From positions 9,431 to 73,430 of the forward strand of contig JALONP010000005.1 in assembly GCA_025454875.1 (NCBI GenBank): 64,000 nucleotides of DNA, read 5' to 3'. This stretch comes from Bacteroidia bacterium (GTDB lineage Bacteria > Bacteroidota > Bacteroidia > UKL13-3). Both the position numbers and the translations under genes were made by a program. The notes beneath the pieces were generated by a model. The model was not told where the DNA came from. It ran no database searches and saw nothing but the letters and a program-made list of their open reading frames with translations. Shown here in pieces: positions 1 to 9,223 of the stretch (position 1 is the first letter of the stretch; the number at the start of each line of letters is the position of its first letter).

Positions 1-675
1 GATGATTTGAACAACCAACTTGCTAACCTTAATCGTACGTTAAAAGTAGGCATGAAGATGTCGTTTATTCAAGGTCCAATGTATTTTGCATTTGGTAATT
101 TCAAATTGATTCCACGTGGCCTTGCCGATTTGGATTTAAGTGCAATTGATACCATATCGCCAGAAATTACCTTAAAAGGCAATAACCCTGATACCGTAGA
201 AATTGGTTCTGGTGCTTATGCTGACTCTGGTGCAGTAGCAATAGATGATAAAGATGGTGATATCAGCAATGCGATTGTGGTTACAGGTACAGTTAATACA
301 ACAGCATTAGGAACCTATGTATTGCAATACAAAGTAAGTGACTCATGGGGTAATTCAGATTCAGTAGAGCGTATTGTAGTGGTAAAAGACACGGCATCTG
401 TAGGATTAGGCGACAACGAGTTAACCTATGCGCTGGTTCAAGTGTATCCAAACCCTACATCCAATGCATTTACCATTAGTGCACAATTTGTAAAAACGCA
501 ACCAGTTACCATTGTATTGACTGATTTGTTGGGTAAAGAATTGGCAAGCCGTACTGTTGCAGGTACCCAATTTACCGAAACGTTTGATACTACAAATTTA
601 GGCGAGGGCGTATATTTCTGCACATTACGTAACCAAGCAGGAATGCGCACGGTGAAGGTGATGGTGCAGCACTAA
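1..675 (+). CDS. Partial (5'-truncated) T9SS cargo protein with DUF5011/Ig-like domain and type A C-terminal secretion domain
   Basis: Frame is open from base 1. DTISPEITLKG...DDKDGDIS...GTYVLQYKVSDSWGN resembles DUF5011. VYPNP...GVYF...KVMVQH is a T9SS CTD. Confidence 0.85.
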   Translation, partial: DDLNNQLANLNRTLKVGMKMSFIQGPMYFAFGNFKLIPRGLADLDLSAIDTISPEITLKGNNPDTVEIGSGAYADSGAVAIDDKDGDISNAIVVTGTVNTTALGTYVLQYKVSDSWGNSDSVERIVVVKDTASVGLGDNELTYALVQVYPNPTSNAFTISAQFVKTQPVTIVLTDLLGKELASRTVAGTQFTETFDTTNLGEGVYFCTLRNQAGMRTVKVMVQH

Positions 676-698
676 GCACTTATTTGAAGAGAAAGATT

Positions 699-739
699 CG
701 CGCGGGCGGCTCCCAACGGGAGCCGCCCGCGCGTGTTTT
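699..739 (+). terminator. Intrinsic terminator with a perfect 16-bp GC-rich stem
   Basis: CGCGCGGGCGGCTCCC-AAC-GGGAGCCGCCCGCGCG followed by TGTTTT, shortly after the stop at 675. Confidence 0.8.
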
Positions 740-861
740 ACCCGCCCCCCAATTCAATATTTGTCTTTTTAAGGTCATCATTGACTTGGTTTATGAACAC
801 CAACCTGGTTCTTCCGTTTATAAGTAATGCCTGCCAAATTGCCTTTATCCGTAAATGGAAT

Positions 862-869
862 TATATTTG
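862..869 (+). promoter_or_regulatory. Putative Bacteroidota -7 promoter box for clpC
   Basis: TATATTTG matches TAnnTTTG, about 45 nt before the ATG. Confidence 0.5.
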
Positions 870-913
870 ATTTCAATCAAACCCAATTGATTTATTTTTT
901 GTCATAGTATATT

Positions 914-3460
914 ATGGAAGCAAAATTTTCGCCACGCGTAAAAGATGTGATTAGTTATAGCCGCGAAGAAGCTATACGTTTAGGTCACGATTATATTGGC
1001 ACAGAGCATTTGCTGCTTGGGCTTATTAGGGAAGGAGATGGCAAGGCCCTCAAAACCCTAAAGGCTCTTGATGTAGATAGTTTAAGGTTGAAAAAAACCA
1101 TCGAAGATGCCATCAAGGGAACGGCCACCAATAATACCAATTTGGTGAATATTCCATTAACCAAACAAGCTGAAAAGGTGCTTAAAATTACCTACCTCGA
1201 AGCTAAAATTTTTAAAACCGATATTATCGGAACCGAGCATTTATTGCTTTCTATCCTTAGAGATGACGACAATTTGGCATCACAAATTTTATCTCAATAC
1301 GGTATATCGTACGATATATTCAAGTCGGCCATCGAAAACAATATTACCGAAACCAAAAGCGAAATGTCACAAGACTCAGAAGAAGAATATTACCGTGAAG
1401 AACGTAAACCCCAAGAGCCTGTGCGCAAGGGCGACTCTAAATCAAAAACACCCGTACTCGATAATTTTGGCCGCGACCTAACCAAAAGTGCCGAAGAAGG
1501 AAAGTTGGATGCCATTGTGGGACGTGAAAAAGAAATTGAGCGTGTTTCACAAATTTTAAGCAGGCGGAAAAAGAACAACCCTATTCTTATTGGCGAACCA
1601 GGTGTGGGTAAAACAGCCATAGCCGAAGGGTTGGCTCTGCGCATCGTTCAACGCAAAGTATCGCGTGTGTTGTTTAACAAACGGGTGATTATGCTCGACC
1701 TTGCTTCGTTGGTTGCGGGTACAAAATACCGTGGGCAATTTGAGGAGCGAATGAAAGCGGTGATGAACGAATTGGAAAAATCGCCAGATGTGATTTTGTT
1801 TATCGATGAAATTCATACCATTGTGGGTGCCGGTGGTGCAAGCGGATCACTTGATGCCAGCAACATGTTTAAACCAGCACTTGCCCGTGGCGAAATTCAA
1901 TGCATTGGCGCAACAACTTTAGATGAGTACCGCCAGTATATTGAAAAAGATGGTGCTTTGGAAAGACGTTTCCAAGTGGTGATGGTAAACCCAACAACAC
2001 CTGAAGAAACAGTTGAAATTTTACACAATATCAAAGGCAAATACGAAGACCACCACAGTGTAACTTACGATACTGAAGCCATTGATGCGTGCGTAAGCAT
2101 GAGCAATAGGTACATGACCGACCGTCATTTACCAGATAAAGCCATTGATGTGCTTGACGAAGCAGGAGCGCGTGTACATATAAGCAATATCCATGTGCCA
2201 CAAAATGTGCTCGACCTTGAAAAAAGCATCGAAGAAATCAAGGTCGAAAAAAACAAGGTTGTTAAAAGCCAGAAGTACGAAGAAGCTGCCAAACTGCGCG
2301 ATAAGGAAAAACATTTGCTCGAGCAGTTGGAAACAGAAAAGGCCAAGTGGGAAGAAGAAACCAAATCGCAACGTTACAAGGTAACTGAAGATGATGTAGC
2401 TGAAGTGATAGCAATGATGACGGGTATTCCGGTGAAGCGTATCGCCCAAAGTGAGGGCATACGTTTGTTAAACATGGGTACCGAGTTGCAAGGCAAAGTG
2501 ATTGGGCAAGATGATGCGATTAAAAAATTAGCAAAAGCCATTCAACGTACACGTGCCGGACTTAAAAATCCGAATAAGCCAATTGGCTCCTTTGTGTTTT
2601 TAGGCCCAACAGGAGTTGGTAAAACAGAAATGGCAAAGGTATTGGCTAAGTATTTATTCGATACAGAAGATGCCATGATTCGCATTGACATGAGCGAGTA
2701 TATGGAGAAGTTTGCTGTAAGCCGATTGGTAGGAGCGCCTCCAGGCTATATCGGTTATGAAGAAGGCGGACAACTCACCGAAAAAATCAGAAGAAAGCCA
2801 TACGCAGTTGTATTGCTTGATGAAATAGAAAAAGCACATCCAGATGTATTCAATATTTTATTGCAAGTATTGGATGAAGGATTTTTAACAGATAGTTTGG
2901 GTCGCAAGGTGGATTTTAGAAACACCATCATCATCATGACATCCAATATTGGCTCACGTCAGTTAAAAGATTTCGGACAAGGAGTTGGATTTGGTACTCC
3001 TGCCAAAGAAGCACAACAAGATGCGCATGCAAAGGTAGTAATCGAAACTGCTTTGAAACGTTTCTTCTCGCCTGAGTTCTTAAACCGAATTGATGATGTG
3101 ATTGTGTTTAACTCTTTGGGTAAAGAAGCCATTGCAAGTATTTTGGATTTAAACATGGCCAAACTTGTAAAACGGGTTGAAGAATTGGGTTACCAATTTA
3201 AAATTACGGAAGAGGCCAAAGCGTTTCTATCTGAAAAAGGGTTTGATCCAGATTTGGGCGCACGTCCGTTGGCTCGCACCATACAACGGTATGTAGAAGA
3301 TCCGGTTGCCGAAGAATTGCTTAAAGGTGAAGCAGGAGAAGGAGCAGTGATTGAAGTAGGATATGAGAAGGATGCCACCGAATTAAGTATTTCTGTTGCC
3401 AAGAAAAAGGAACCTAAAAAGAAGAAGGATGCACCACCGGTGAATCCAACAGATAACTAA
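914..3460 (+). CDS. clpC: ATP-dependent Clp protease ATP-binding subunit ClpC
   Basis: Clp N repeats (IGTEHLLL twice), two Walker A motifs (GEPGVGKT, GPTGVGKT), UVR coiled coil, ClpP-binding VGF loop. Confidence 0.97.
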   Translation: MEAKFSPRVKDVISYSREEAIRLGHDYIGTEHLLLGLIREGDGKALKTLKALDVDSLRLKKTIEDAIKGTATNNTNLVNIPLTKQAEKVLKITYLEAKIFKTDIIGTEHLLLSILRDDDNLASQILSQYGISYDIFKSAIENNITETKSEMSQDSEEEYYREERKPQEPVRKGDSKSKTPVLDNFGRDLTKSAEEGKLDAIVGREKEIERVSQILSRRKKNNPILIGEPGVGKTAIAEGLALRIVQRKVSRVLFNKRVIMLDLASLVAGTKYRGQFEERMKAVMNELEKSPDVILFIDEIHTIVGAGGASGSLDASNMFKPALARGEIQCIGATTLDEYRQYIEKDGALERRFQVVMVNPTTPEETVEILHNIKGKYEDHHSVTYDTEAIDACVSMSNRYMTDRHLPDKAIDVLDEAGARVHISNIHVPQNVLDLEKSIEEIKVEKNKVVKSQKYEEAAKLRDKEKHLLEQLETEKAKWEEETKSQRYKVTEDDVAEVIAMMTGIPVKRIAQSEGIRLLNMGTELQGKVIGQDDAIKKLAKAIQRTRAGLKNPNKPIGSFVFLGPTGVGKTEMAKVLAKYLFDTEDAMIRIDMSEYMEKFAVSRLVGAPPGYIGYEEGGQLTEKIRRKPYAVVLLDEIEKAHPDVFNILLQVLDEGFLTDSLGRKVDFRNTIIIMTSNIGSRQLKDFGQGVGFGTPAKEAQQDAHAKVVIETALKRFFSPEFLNRIDDVIVFNSLGKEAIASILDLNMAKLVKRVEELGYQFKITEEAKAFLSEKGFDPDLGARPLARTIQRYVEDPVAEELLKGEAGEGAVIEVGYEKDATELSISVAKKKEPKKKKDAPPVNPTDN

Positions 3461-3463
3461 ACG

Positions 3464-3498
3464 AAAAAGTCCTGCATTTAAAGTGTGGGACTTTTTTT
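3464..3498 (+). terminator. Intrinsic terminator after clpC
   Basis: AAAAAGTCCTGCATTT/AAAGTGTGGGACTTTTTTT stem with G-U pairs and a U tract directly after the stop. Confidence 0.75.
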
Positions 3499-3508
3499 AT
3501 ATTTGAGT

Positions 3509-3751
3509 ATGAAAACATTCATCGTACAAACTTCGGATTCTATTGATGCCAACGCATTCGCAAATGAGTTGCGAAGCATGAAAGCTGTTGAGCGAGTTGA
3601 TGAAATAGAAAAAGAGAATTGGTCTATGCCAGGAAGGCCTGCTTCGGATGATGAATTAGATGCTATGGGAATAGAAGCAGAAGAATCAGGGTTTGTAACC
3701 ATAGATAAAGTAAAAAGGACTTTACATTCTTTACACAATCCCAAACAGTGA
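3509..3751 (+). CDS. Putative type II antitoxin (small acidic protein upstream of the toxin)
   Basis: About 80 aa, acidic, immediately upstream of a RelE/ParE gene. ATG at 3509 preferred to the GTG at 3485, which lies inside the terminator. Confidence 0.65.
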   Translation: MKTFIVQTSDSIDANAFANELRSMKAVERVDEIEKENWSMPGRPASDDELDAMGIEAEESGFVTIDKVKRTLHSLHNPKQ

Positions 3752-3760
3752 TTGCGATCA

Positions 3761-4048
3761 ATGGATATTGTATTCTCTAAGTCTGCATTAAAGGATTTAT
3801 CTGCAGTTTATCACTATATCGCAAACGAAGGTTATCCCGAAACAGCATATGCATATTCAATGAGATTAGTAAACGCAATAGAAAGAATTGCAAAATTGAA
3901 TTTACAATTTAAACCTTGCCGAAAAGAGGTTTGGCGGAAAAGAGGATATGCTTGTTTGGTTTTTGAAAGAGCATACATCATATCTTTCAAAGTAATTGAT
4001 GCCAAGATTTTTGTGATGAGAATAGTTCACGGTTCAAGGATACAATAA
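3761..4048 (+). CDS. RelE/ParE family type II toxin
   Basis: MDIVFSKSALKDLSAVYHYIA...YIISFKV...VMRIVHGSR is the typical ParE-like pattern. Confidence 0.85.
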   Translation: MDIVFSKSALKDLSAVYHYIANEGYPETAYAYSMRLVNAIERIAKLNLQFKPCRKEVWRKRGYACLVFERAYIISFKVIDAKIFVMRIVHGSRIQ

Positions 4049-4050
4049 GC

Positions 4051-4521
4051 ATGAAAATTACGCTCTTTCAATTTGGTAAAACCCATCTTTCGTTTGTGGA
4101 TGAAGGTTGTGTTTTATTTACAAAACGTTTAAAGCATTACGTAAAATTCGATACCATTACACTTGAACTGCCTCCCAAACAACGCTCTGCCGATGGAGAT
4201 TTGGTTAAAAAATCAGAAGCTGCTTTGTTGCTGAAAAAGATTCAGCCAAACGATTATGTGATTTTATTAGATGAAAAGGGTAAGAACTACTCTTCGAGGC
4301 AATTTGCTGCAACCTTGCAAACCTTGGCAAATACACATGCATCCTGCGTTTTTGTTATTGGAGGTGCGTTTGGCTTTGCTGATGAAGTGTATGCACGCGC
4401 CAATGCACAGCTTTCACTTTCGTCAATGACCTTTTCTCACCAAGTTATTCGTGTTTTGTTTTTAGAACAATTGTACCGTGCGTTTACCATTATCAAAGGT
4501 GAGCCTTACCATAATGATTAA
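4051..4521 (+). CDS. rlmH: 23S rRNA (pseudouridine1915-N3)-methyltransferase RlmH
   Basis: SPOUT motifs LDEKGK, FVIGGAFG, LSLSSMTFSHQ..R..FLEQLYRAFTIIKGEPYH. Confidence 0.97.
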   Translation: MKITLFQFGKTHLSFVDEGCVLFTKRLKHYVKFDTITLELPPKQRSADGDLVKKSEAALLLKKIQPNDYVILLDEKGKNYSSRQFAATLQTLANTHASCVFVIGGAFGFADEVYARANAQLSLSSMTFSHQVIRVLFLEQLYRAFTIIKGEPYHND

Positions 4522-4535
4522 ACCAGAAACAAAAA

Positions 4536-4907
4536 CTAGCATGCCCGCGCGGATGCAGGTAAATGTTTAATAACATGATCAAGCAACACCTTGTCTTGTT
4601 GGCTTGTAAATGAGCAAGCCATACACAATTGCGGAACAGTACTCTCTAAATTGCCGCTTCCCACCAACTCCACCATCAACATAAACGTAAGAAGGTTTAC
4701 ATGAAAGTGTTCGCAGAATTTAAGTAAGGTTTCAATATTTAATTCATGCACTTCACCTCGTTCTACTTTGCAATAGGAGCTTGCAAAACGGTATCCTAAA
4801 ACAAGTGCTACTGAGTCGGCTGATTCACCTTTGTGGTTGCGGACAATCCGCATTACGATACCAATGTTTTTCGACAACGAATCGTTGTAGTTTCTTTTTG
4901 TTTTCAT
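4536..4907 (-). CDS. XRE/Cro-C1 family helix-turn-helix regulator
   Basis: IGIVMRIVRNHKGESADSVALVLG...SSYCKVERG...LNIETLLKFCEHF is an HTH_3-like pattern. Confidence 0.75.
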   Translation of the reverse strand: MKTKRNYNDSLSKNIGIVMRIVRNHKGESADSVALVLGYRFASSYCKVERGEVHELNIETLLKFCEHFHVNLLTFMLMVELVGSGNLESTVPQLCMACSFTSQQDKVLLDHVIKHLPASARAC

Positions 4908-5030
4908 AGGGGTTTCGATTATGCTGTCTTATTAAAACGCTAATTGTCTTTTTAAAACAGCTATTTAAATTCAAAGTAATTGAAATATTCTGAAATTTGA
5001 AATACAATTTTTTAGTAACAACCTTTTAGT

Positions 5031-6089
5031 ATGTCCCCTATGAGAACCCAACACATGAAAGCTGCCTATGCGGCAGCATTACTCATCAGCTATTCGGCAT
5101 CGGCACAACAACTTCTTTACAAGGAAACGCACAAAGAAGTTTCGTATGATTATGCAGTAATAGACTCAGGTACCTTCGAAGAACTTTCGGAAACGGAGAA
5201 GATTAAGTATGAACTCCGTTATTCCGAAAAGTCAGTAACCAAAAAGATCCTTCCTGATAACAGCAGCTATTCTGAAATTTATTTCGATAGCAATGGCTAT
5301 ACAAAGGATTGGTTAAAACTTCCCAAACGAATTGTATACGATAATGATGGAATGCATTTGTACAACATACAAAATGAATTGATGACCACATTAACTTATA
5401 CGGATATTCAGTTAACAGATAGGGCAAATGATAAGATTGATGTTGGAGACCAAGGTTACCATCCTGGTTTTGTTTCATTTCCAGCCGGCAATCAACAGTT
5501 GTTTACCCAACTCGCCAATGCAGGAGTCCAGTACCAAGATTATGGAAATGGTAAATTTTCGACCACTGTCGAGAATGAAAAAACGATTTACGATAAGCAA
5601 AATTTATTGATTGTAACAGAACGTGTCAATTCATTAGGGCAAAAATGCAAGGATTATGAAGGGTATGTTTTGATGGAAGATGGTAAAGGGTATTTGCCAT
5701 TGATCTCTAAAACGGAAACATCAGTACGAACAGCTAAGGGAGTATGTTTAACAGAGGTGAAGCTTGTGTATTATACCGATTACAAAATAGAAGATCCAGG
5801 TGGTGTTTTTGAAAAGGCGCTGATTAAAGGTAGGCCAATTGAAACGGTAAATGTATACCCTAACCCCAATAATGGATTGTTTAGTGCAGAATTTGTACTA
5901 AGAGATGACTCCCGCATTCAGCAAATACAATTGGTGAATACCATATCTGGTGAGGTAATCAATATTGAAGCAAGCGATTTAAACAATGGCGTGCTTCAAA
6001 TCAATGCGGCAGACATCCCAGCAGGTATGTACACCTTTAAAGCAATAACAAATAATTCAACCCTCATCCGTCAATTTATAAAACAATAA
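5031..6089 (+). CDS. T9SS cargo protein with N-terminal region of unknown function
   Basis: Signal peptide (MKAAYAAALLISYSASAQ; real start may be about 5055). C-terminal VYPNP...GMYTF...RQFIKQ CTD. Confidence 0.8.
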   Translation: MSPMRTQHMKAAYAAALLISYSASAQQLLYKETHKEVSYDYAVIDSGTFEELSETEKIKYELRYSEKSVTKKILPDNSSYSEIYFDSNGYTKDWLKLPKRIVYDNDGMHLYNIQNELMTTLTYTDIQLTDRANDKIDVGDQGYHPGFVSFPAGNQQLFTQLANAGVQYQDYGNGKFSTTVENEKTIYDKQNLLIVTERVNSLGQKCKDYEGYVLMEDGKGYLPLISKTETSVRTAKGVCLTEVKLVYYTDYKIEDPGGVFEKALIKGRPIETVNVYPNPNNGLFSAEFVLRDDSRIQQIQLVNTISGEVINIEASDLNNGVLQINAADIPAGMYTFKAITNNSTLIRQFIKQ

Positions 6090-6093
6090 AGCC

Positions 6094-7953
6094 ATGAAAA
6101 CGAATAAATTTAGTATACTTGTATTAGGCTGTTTTGCAATAGCACCTGCCTTTACCGTGAAAGCCCAAGACAATCAAACCCAATTGTTGTATCAAGATTC
6201 TGTTCAATTAAAATTAGAACGGTTCAGATTAAAGATGGTATCCTACCCGTCAGGTGAGTATATGCAATGCAATCCTGTTGGTCAGCCTATATTTAAAACA
6301 CCGACTCCTGTTTTACCAACCCCAGAAGGCCCAGACCCTGTGCAAGTTTATGGTGATACAACCGGATTTGCCAAAACAGACAAACTTAGAAATGTATTCT
6401 GGATTCATGGATTAAATGGCAATTCGAATTCGTTAGCTGTTCCCGCGAAAGCAAGCCAATATGGAGTTCCTTATGATCCTTCCTTTCCTCCAAGAAAGAT
6501 TCGTTCATTTAGGGGATTAAGTACTTCAAATTCCAATGCAGTTCAATTGTATAGCGAAGATATTGGTATTGCAGCAACGGCTGGCGATCTTAACTCTTAT
6601 GCCTATCAGAACTTGTATCCAACGGATCGAACTACTGCCGACTTTATTGTTGCTCATAGCCAAGGAGGTATTGTGGGCAGGGAATGGTTGAGGCAAATGG
6701 ATTTGAACCCGACCTTATATGATAAATATGCATATGGTATTGTTACTTTTGGGACTCCGCATGCTGGTGCTGAGGTATTAAACAATTGCCGACCCAATTT
6801 AGGTAGGGACCGTGTTCCCGCTTTTATGAACGAGGCTTGCCAAAGTTTGGGAGGAGCAATCGTGATTCCCAAAATGAACTCTAATTTTCTTACTAGTTTA
6901 ATCCCTTCGAAGTATATAAAAGATATAATCGGTTCAAGTTGTGACGTGCTATCAAAATCAATTATTCCCATTGTGATGGATAATTATTACAAAGCAACTA
7001 CCAAGGACTTTTATGTTGGAGCACCCTTTTTGAACGGAGGCACGATTAATGGCATTCCAGTTCAAGGATTAAACCAATATACTTCAAAAGTACCCGTTGT
7101 ACAATTTTATGGCGTAGAAGAACAACCCATTATGTGGCGGTTTATGAGCAGTACCATGGATATTGGTGAGGTACAAAAAAACAGCCCTAACAGCGAGCTT
7201 TATTTTGGCTATACCAACGATAATCAACTTCCAAACAAAGTGAATAATGTAATTAATGACTTTACGACCAATTACGAATACGAAAAAGATAGAGAAAAGA
7301 AATACAATAAAAAGGCCATACTTGCCATGGCCGCTGGCCCATTTACATTAGGAACGAGTTATATATGGTTGGTACATTGTTTATACCAAGCCAAACTTGC
7401 CAAGGAGAATAAAGAAGCATATTTCAGAGCAAAAACCTGGTTAACCAATGCAAACGATTATTACCTAACTGATTTGATTGGTGCGCGTGAGAGCCGCTCA
7501 GTTTTCAGATGTTATTCTGTTGGTTACGTAAATTGCAGAAGCGCTGTTTACAATCCTTTAGGTTCTGGTGTTCCAGCAACATATGTGGGAATTAGGTCAA
7601 TTAGTTATCCTGAACTCAATACTTGCTCAGATTATGTAAATAAACCTGTAGAATGGAAAAGTTACCATTATGAATCACCGTGGAGCAAGAACACTGTCGG
7701 TGATTGTATCGGTAAAATTACCCATGTTTTCTCTGGCTGGGTTACCGTGTATAGTTACAAAGAGAATGATGGGGTGGTGCTTACAGAATCAGCAAAACAC
7801 CCAATTTCAGTTGACCCGAACCAATCTCATTTTTTTCAGAAAATGGAAAATACGAATCATGATCAAATGAAAAATTGCACTGAGACAAGGAGAGCCTTAC
7901 TTAATTTGTATGACGGCAGGTTGGGTAGATTTTTTGAAACAGAAAAGTACTAG
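6094..7953 (+). CDS. Secreted alpha/beta-hydrolase (PGAP1/lipase-like)
   Basis: Signal peptide, WIHGLNG oxyanion motif, AHSQGG nucleophile elbow, GTPHAGA, C-terminal NDGVV and NHDQM as candidate Asp and His. Confidence 0.8.
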   Translation: MKTNKFSILVLGCFAIAPAFTVKAQDNQTQLLYQDSVQLKLERFRLKMVSYPSGEYMQCNPVGQPIFKTPTPVLPTPEGPDPVQVYGDTTGFAKTDKLRNVFWIHGLNGNSNSLAVPAKASQYGVPYDPSFPPRKIRSFRGLSTSNSNAVQLYSEDIGIAATAGDLNSYAYQNLYPTDRTTADFIVAHSQGGIVGREWLRQMDLNPTLYDKYAYGIVTFGTPHAGAEVLNNCRPNLGRDRVPAFMNEACQSLGGAIVIPKMNSNFLTSLIPSKYIKDIIGSSCDVLSKSIIPIVMDNYYKATTKDFYVGAPFLNGGTINGIPVQGLNQYTSKVPVVQFYGVEEQPIMWRFMSSTMDIGEVQKNSPNSELYFGYTNDNQLPNKVNNVINDFTTNYEYEKDREKKYNKKAILAMAAGPFTLGTSYIWLVHCLYQAKLAKENKEAYFRAKTWLTNANDYYLTDLIGARESRSVFRCYSVGYVNCRSAVYNPLGSGVPATYVGIRSISYPELNTCSDYVNKPVEWKSYHYESPWSKNTVGDCIGKITHVFSGWVTVYSYKENDGVVLTESAKHPISVDPNQSHFFQKMENTNHDQMKNCTETRRALLNLYDGRLGRFFETEKY

Positions 7954-7958
7954 AGCCA

Positions 7959-9215
7959 ATGAGATATGCCCTATTTCTAATATTGATTATTGCTTGTAGC
8001 AGTTTAAGCACCTGTAAAAAGGAACCTCCGCAGGAGGTTCCTTTGCCTTCAACTGCGAGCGCATTGGAGTTGGTTTGGCAAGTGCCGTCTCCTTATTACA
8101 GTGTCCCTCCGATGCTAAATAGTAACGGAGATGTGTTAATGAGTGCTACTTTTATTGATCCTACCAAAGGCGAGGTTTTTAAATTACTTGATCAAGCGAG
8201 TGGTCAATTAAAATGGCAATGGAATGATTATTTCAGGCCTAAAGAGGGTTTTGCAAAGGACTTGATGGTTCAACGAAATGATATTCTAGTATTGTCTGAC
8301 CGCAATTACAATTACGCACTTAATATGCTAACAGGCCAAACCATTTGGCGCAACCAAATTGATACAATGGAAGCCGAACCTCAAATTTATGAGGATGAGG
8401 ATGGCTATGTTTACAAAGGTTTTAGAAGCCGCACCTTACAAAGCACCGTTTATATTATGAGGGCTATGTACAATTTGGGAAATTGGGAATTGGTTTGCAC
8501 GTACCAAGATCCCAATCCAATACCTGGTAGGTTTGAGGTGGCATCAATTGGGGTTACTAACAATACCAAGGGTGAAAAGGTAGTGGCATTTACCGTATAT
8601 ACCTATCCTCAAAACAGCACGGATACAGCTAAAGCACTTATTATTGGGTACAATACCATCACAAAGAACTTCGATTGGGTTAAAAATTATAATGATTTTA
8701 TTGTAGAATTTTCAATTTACATGTTTACCGATTACAAAAGTGTGGTTTATTCTTTTGGATATTATGGTAGCAATGGATATTTAATTGCTACGAGTGTAGA
8801 CAATGGAAACGTGTTATGGAAGCATAGACTTTCCGATAGGGGTACTAATGTGAATTTTTATAAGGATAATATTGTAGTAACATGTTCGAATGAGAGTCCT
8901 GTTTTATGTCTGAATAAATTAACAGGTGCATTAATTTGGAATCAAAGTTTTTCAACTATCACTCAAGATCAAAGACGAGGTCTGAACTTTCAAGACGGAG
9001 AATGCACCGTTTACAAGAACTACCATTTGTCAACCCAATGTAATTATCTTTTAGCCCTTAATTTAGACAACGGTTCAATTGCGTATTTCGAGAAAGCAGC
9101 TTTGCCTGAAGGGTGTTTGCAAAGTGGCATCGTTGTAGATGAGCAAAAGAAAGTGTTTTACACCGAAGATCGTTTGCGATTGTTGTGTTACAAATTGCCT
9201 GAAGTATTAAAATAA
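7959..9215 (+). CDS. Lipoprotein with PQQ-like (BamB-like) beta-propeller repeats
   Basis: Lipoprotein-type signal ending ...CSSLSTCKKE. Repeats such as LDQASGQLKW, LNMLTGQTIW, VDNGNVLW, LNKLTGALIW. Confidence 0.8.
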   Translation: MRYALFLILIIACSSLSTCKKEPPQEVPLPSTASALELVWQVPSPYYSVPPMLNSNGDVLMSATFIDPTKGEVFKLLDQASGQLKWQWNDYFRPKEGFAKDLMVQRNDILVLSDRNYNYALNMLTGQTIWRNQIDTMEAEPQIYEDEDGYVYKGFRSRTLQSTVYIMRAMYNLGNWELVCTYQDPNPIPGRFEVASIGVTNNTKGEKVVAFTVYTYPQNSTDTAKALIIGYNTITKNFDWVKNYNDFIVEFSIYMFTDYKSVVYSFGYYGSNGYLIATSVDNGNVLWKHRLSDRGTNVNFYKDNIVVTCSNESPVLCLNKLTGALIWNQSFSTITQDQRRGLNFQDGECTVYKNYHLSTQCNYLLALNLDNGSIAYFEKAALPEGCLQSGIVVDEQKKVFYTEDRLRLLCYKLPEVLK

Positions 9216-9223
9216 AGTTGGCA

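Noticed and set aside
4498-9223. SCCmec-like island integrated at the 3' end of rlmH (orfX)
   Set aside because: No recombinase gene, and no duplicate of the rlmH 3' end found at the far boundary, where the gap is only 8 bp.
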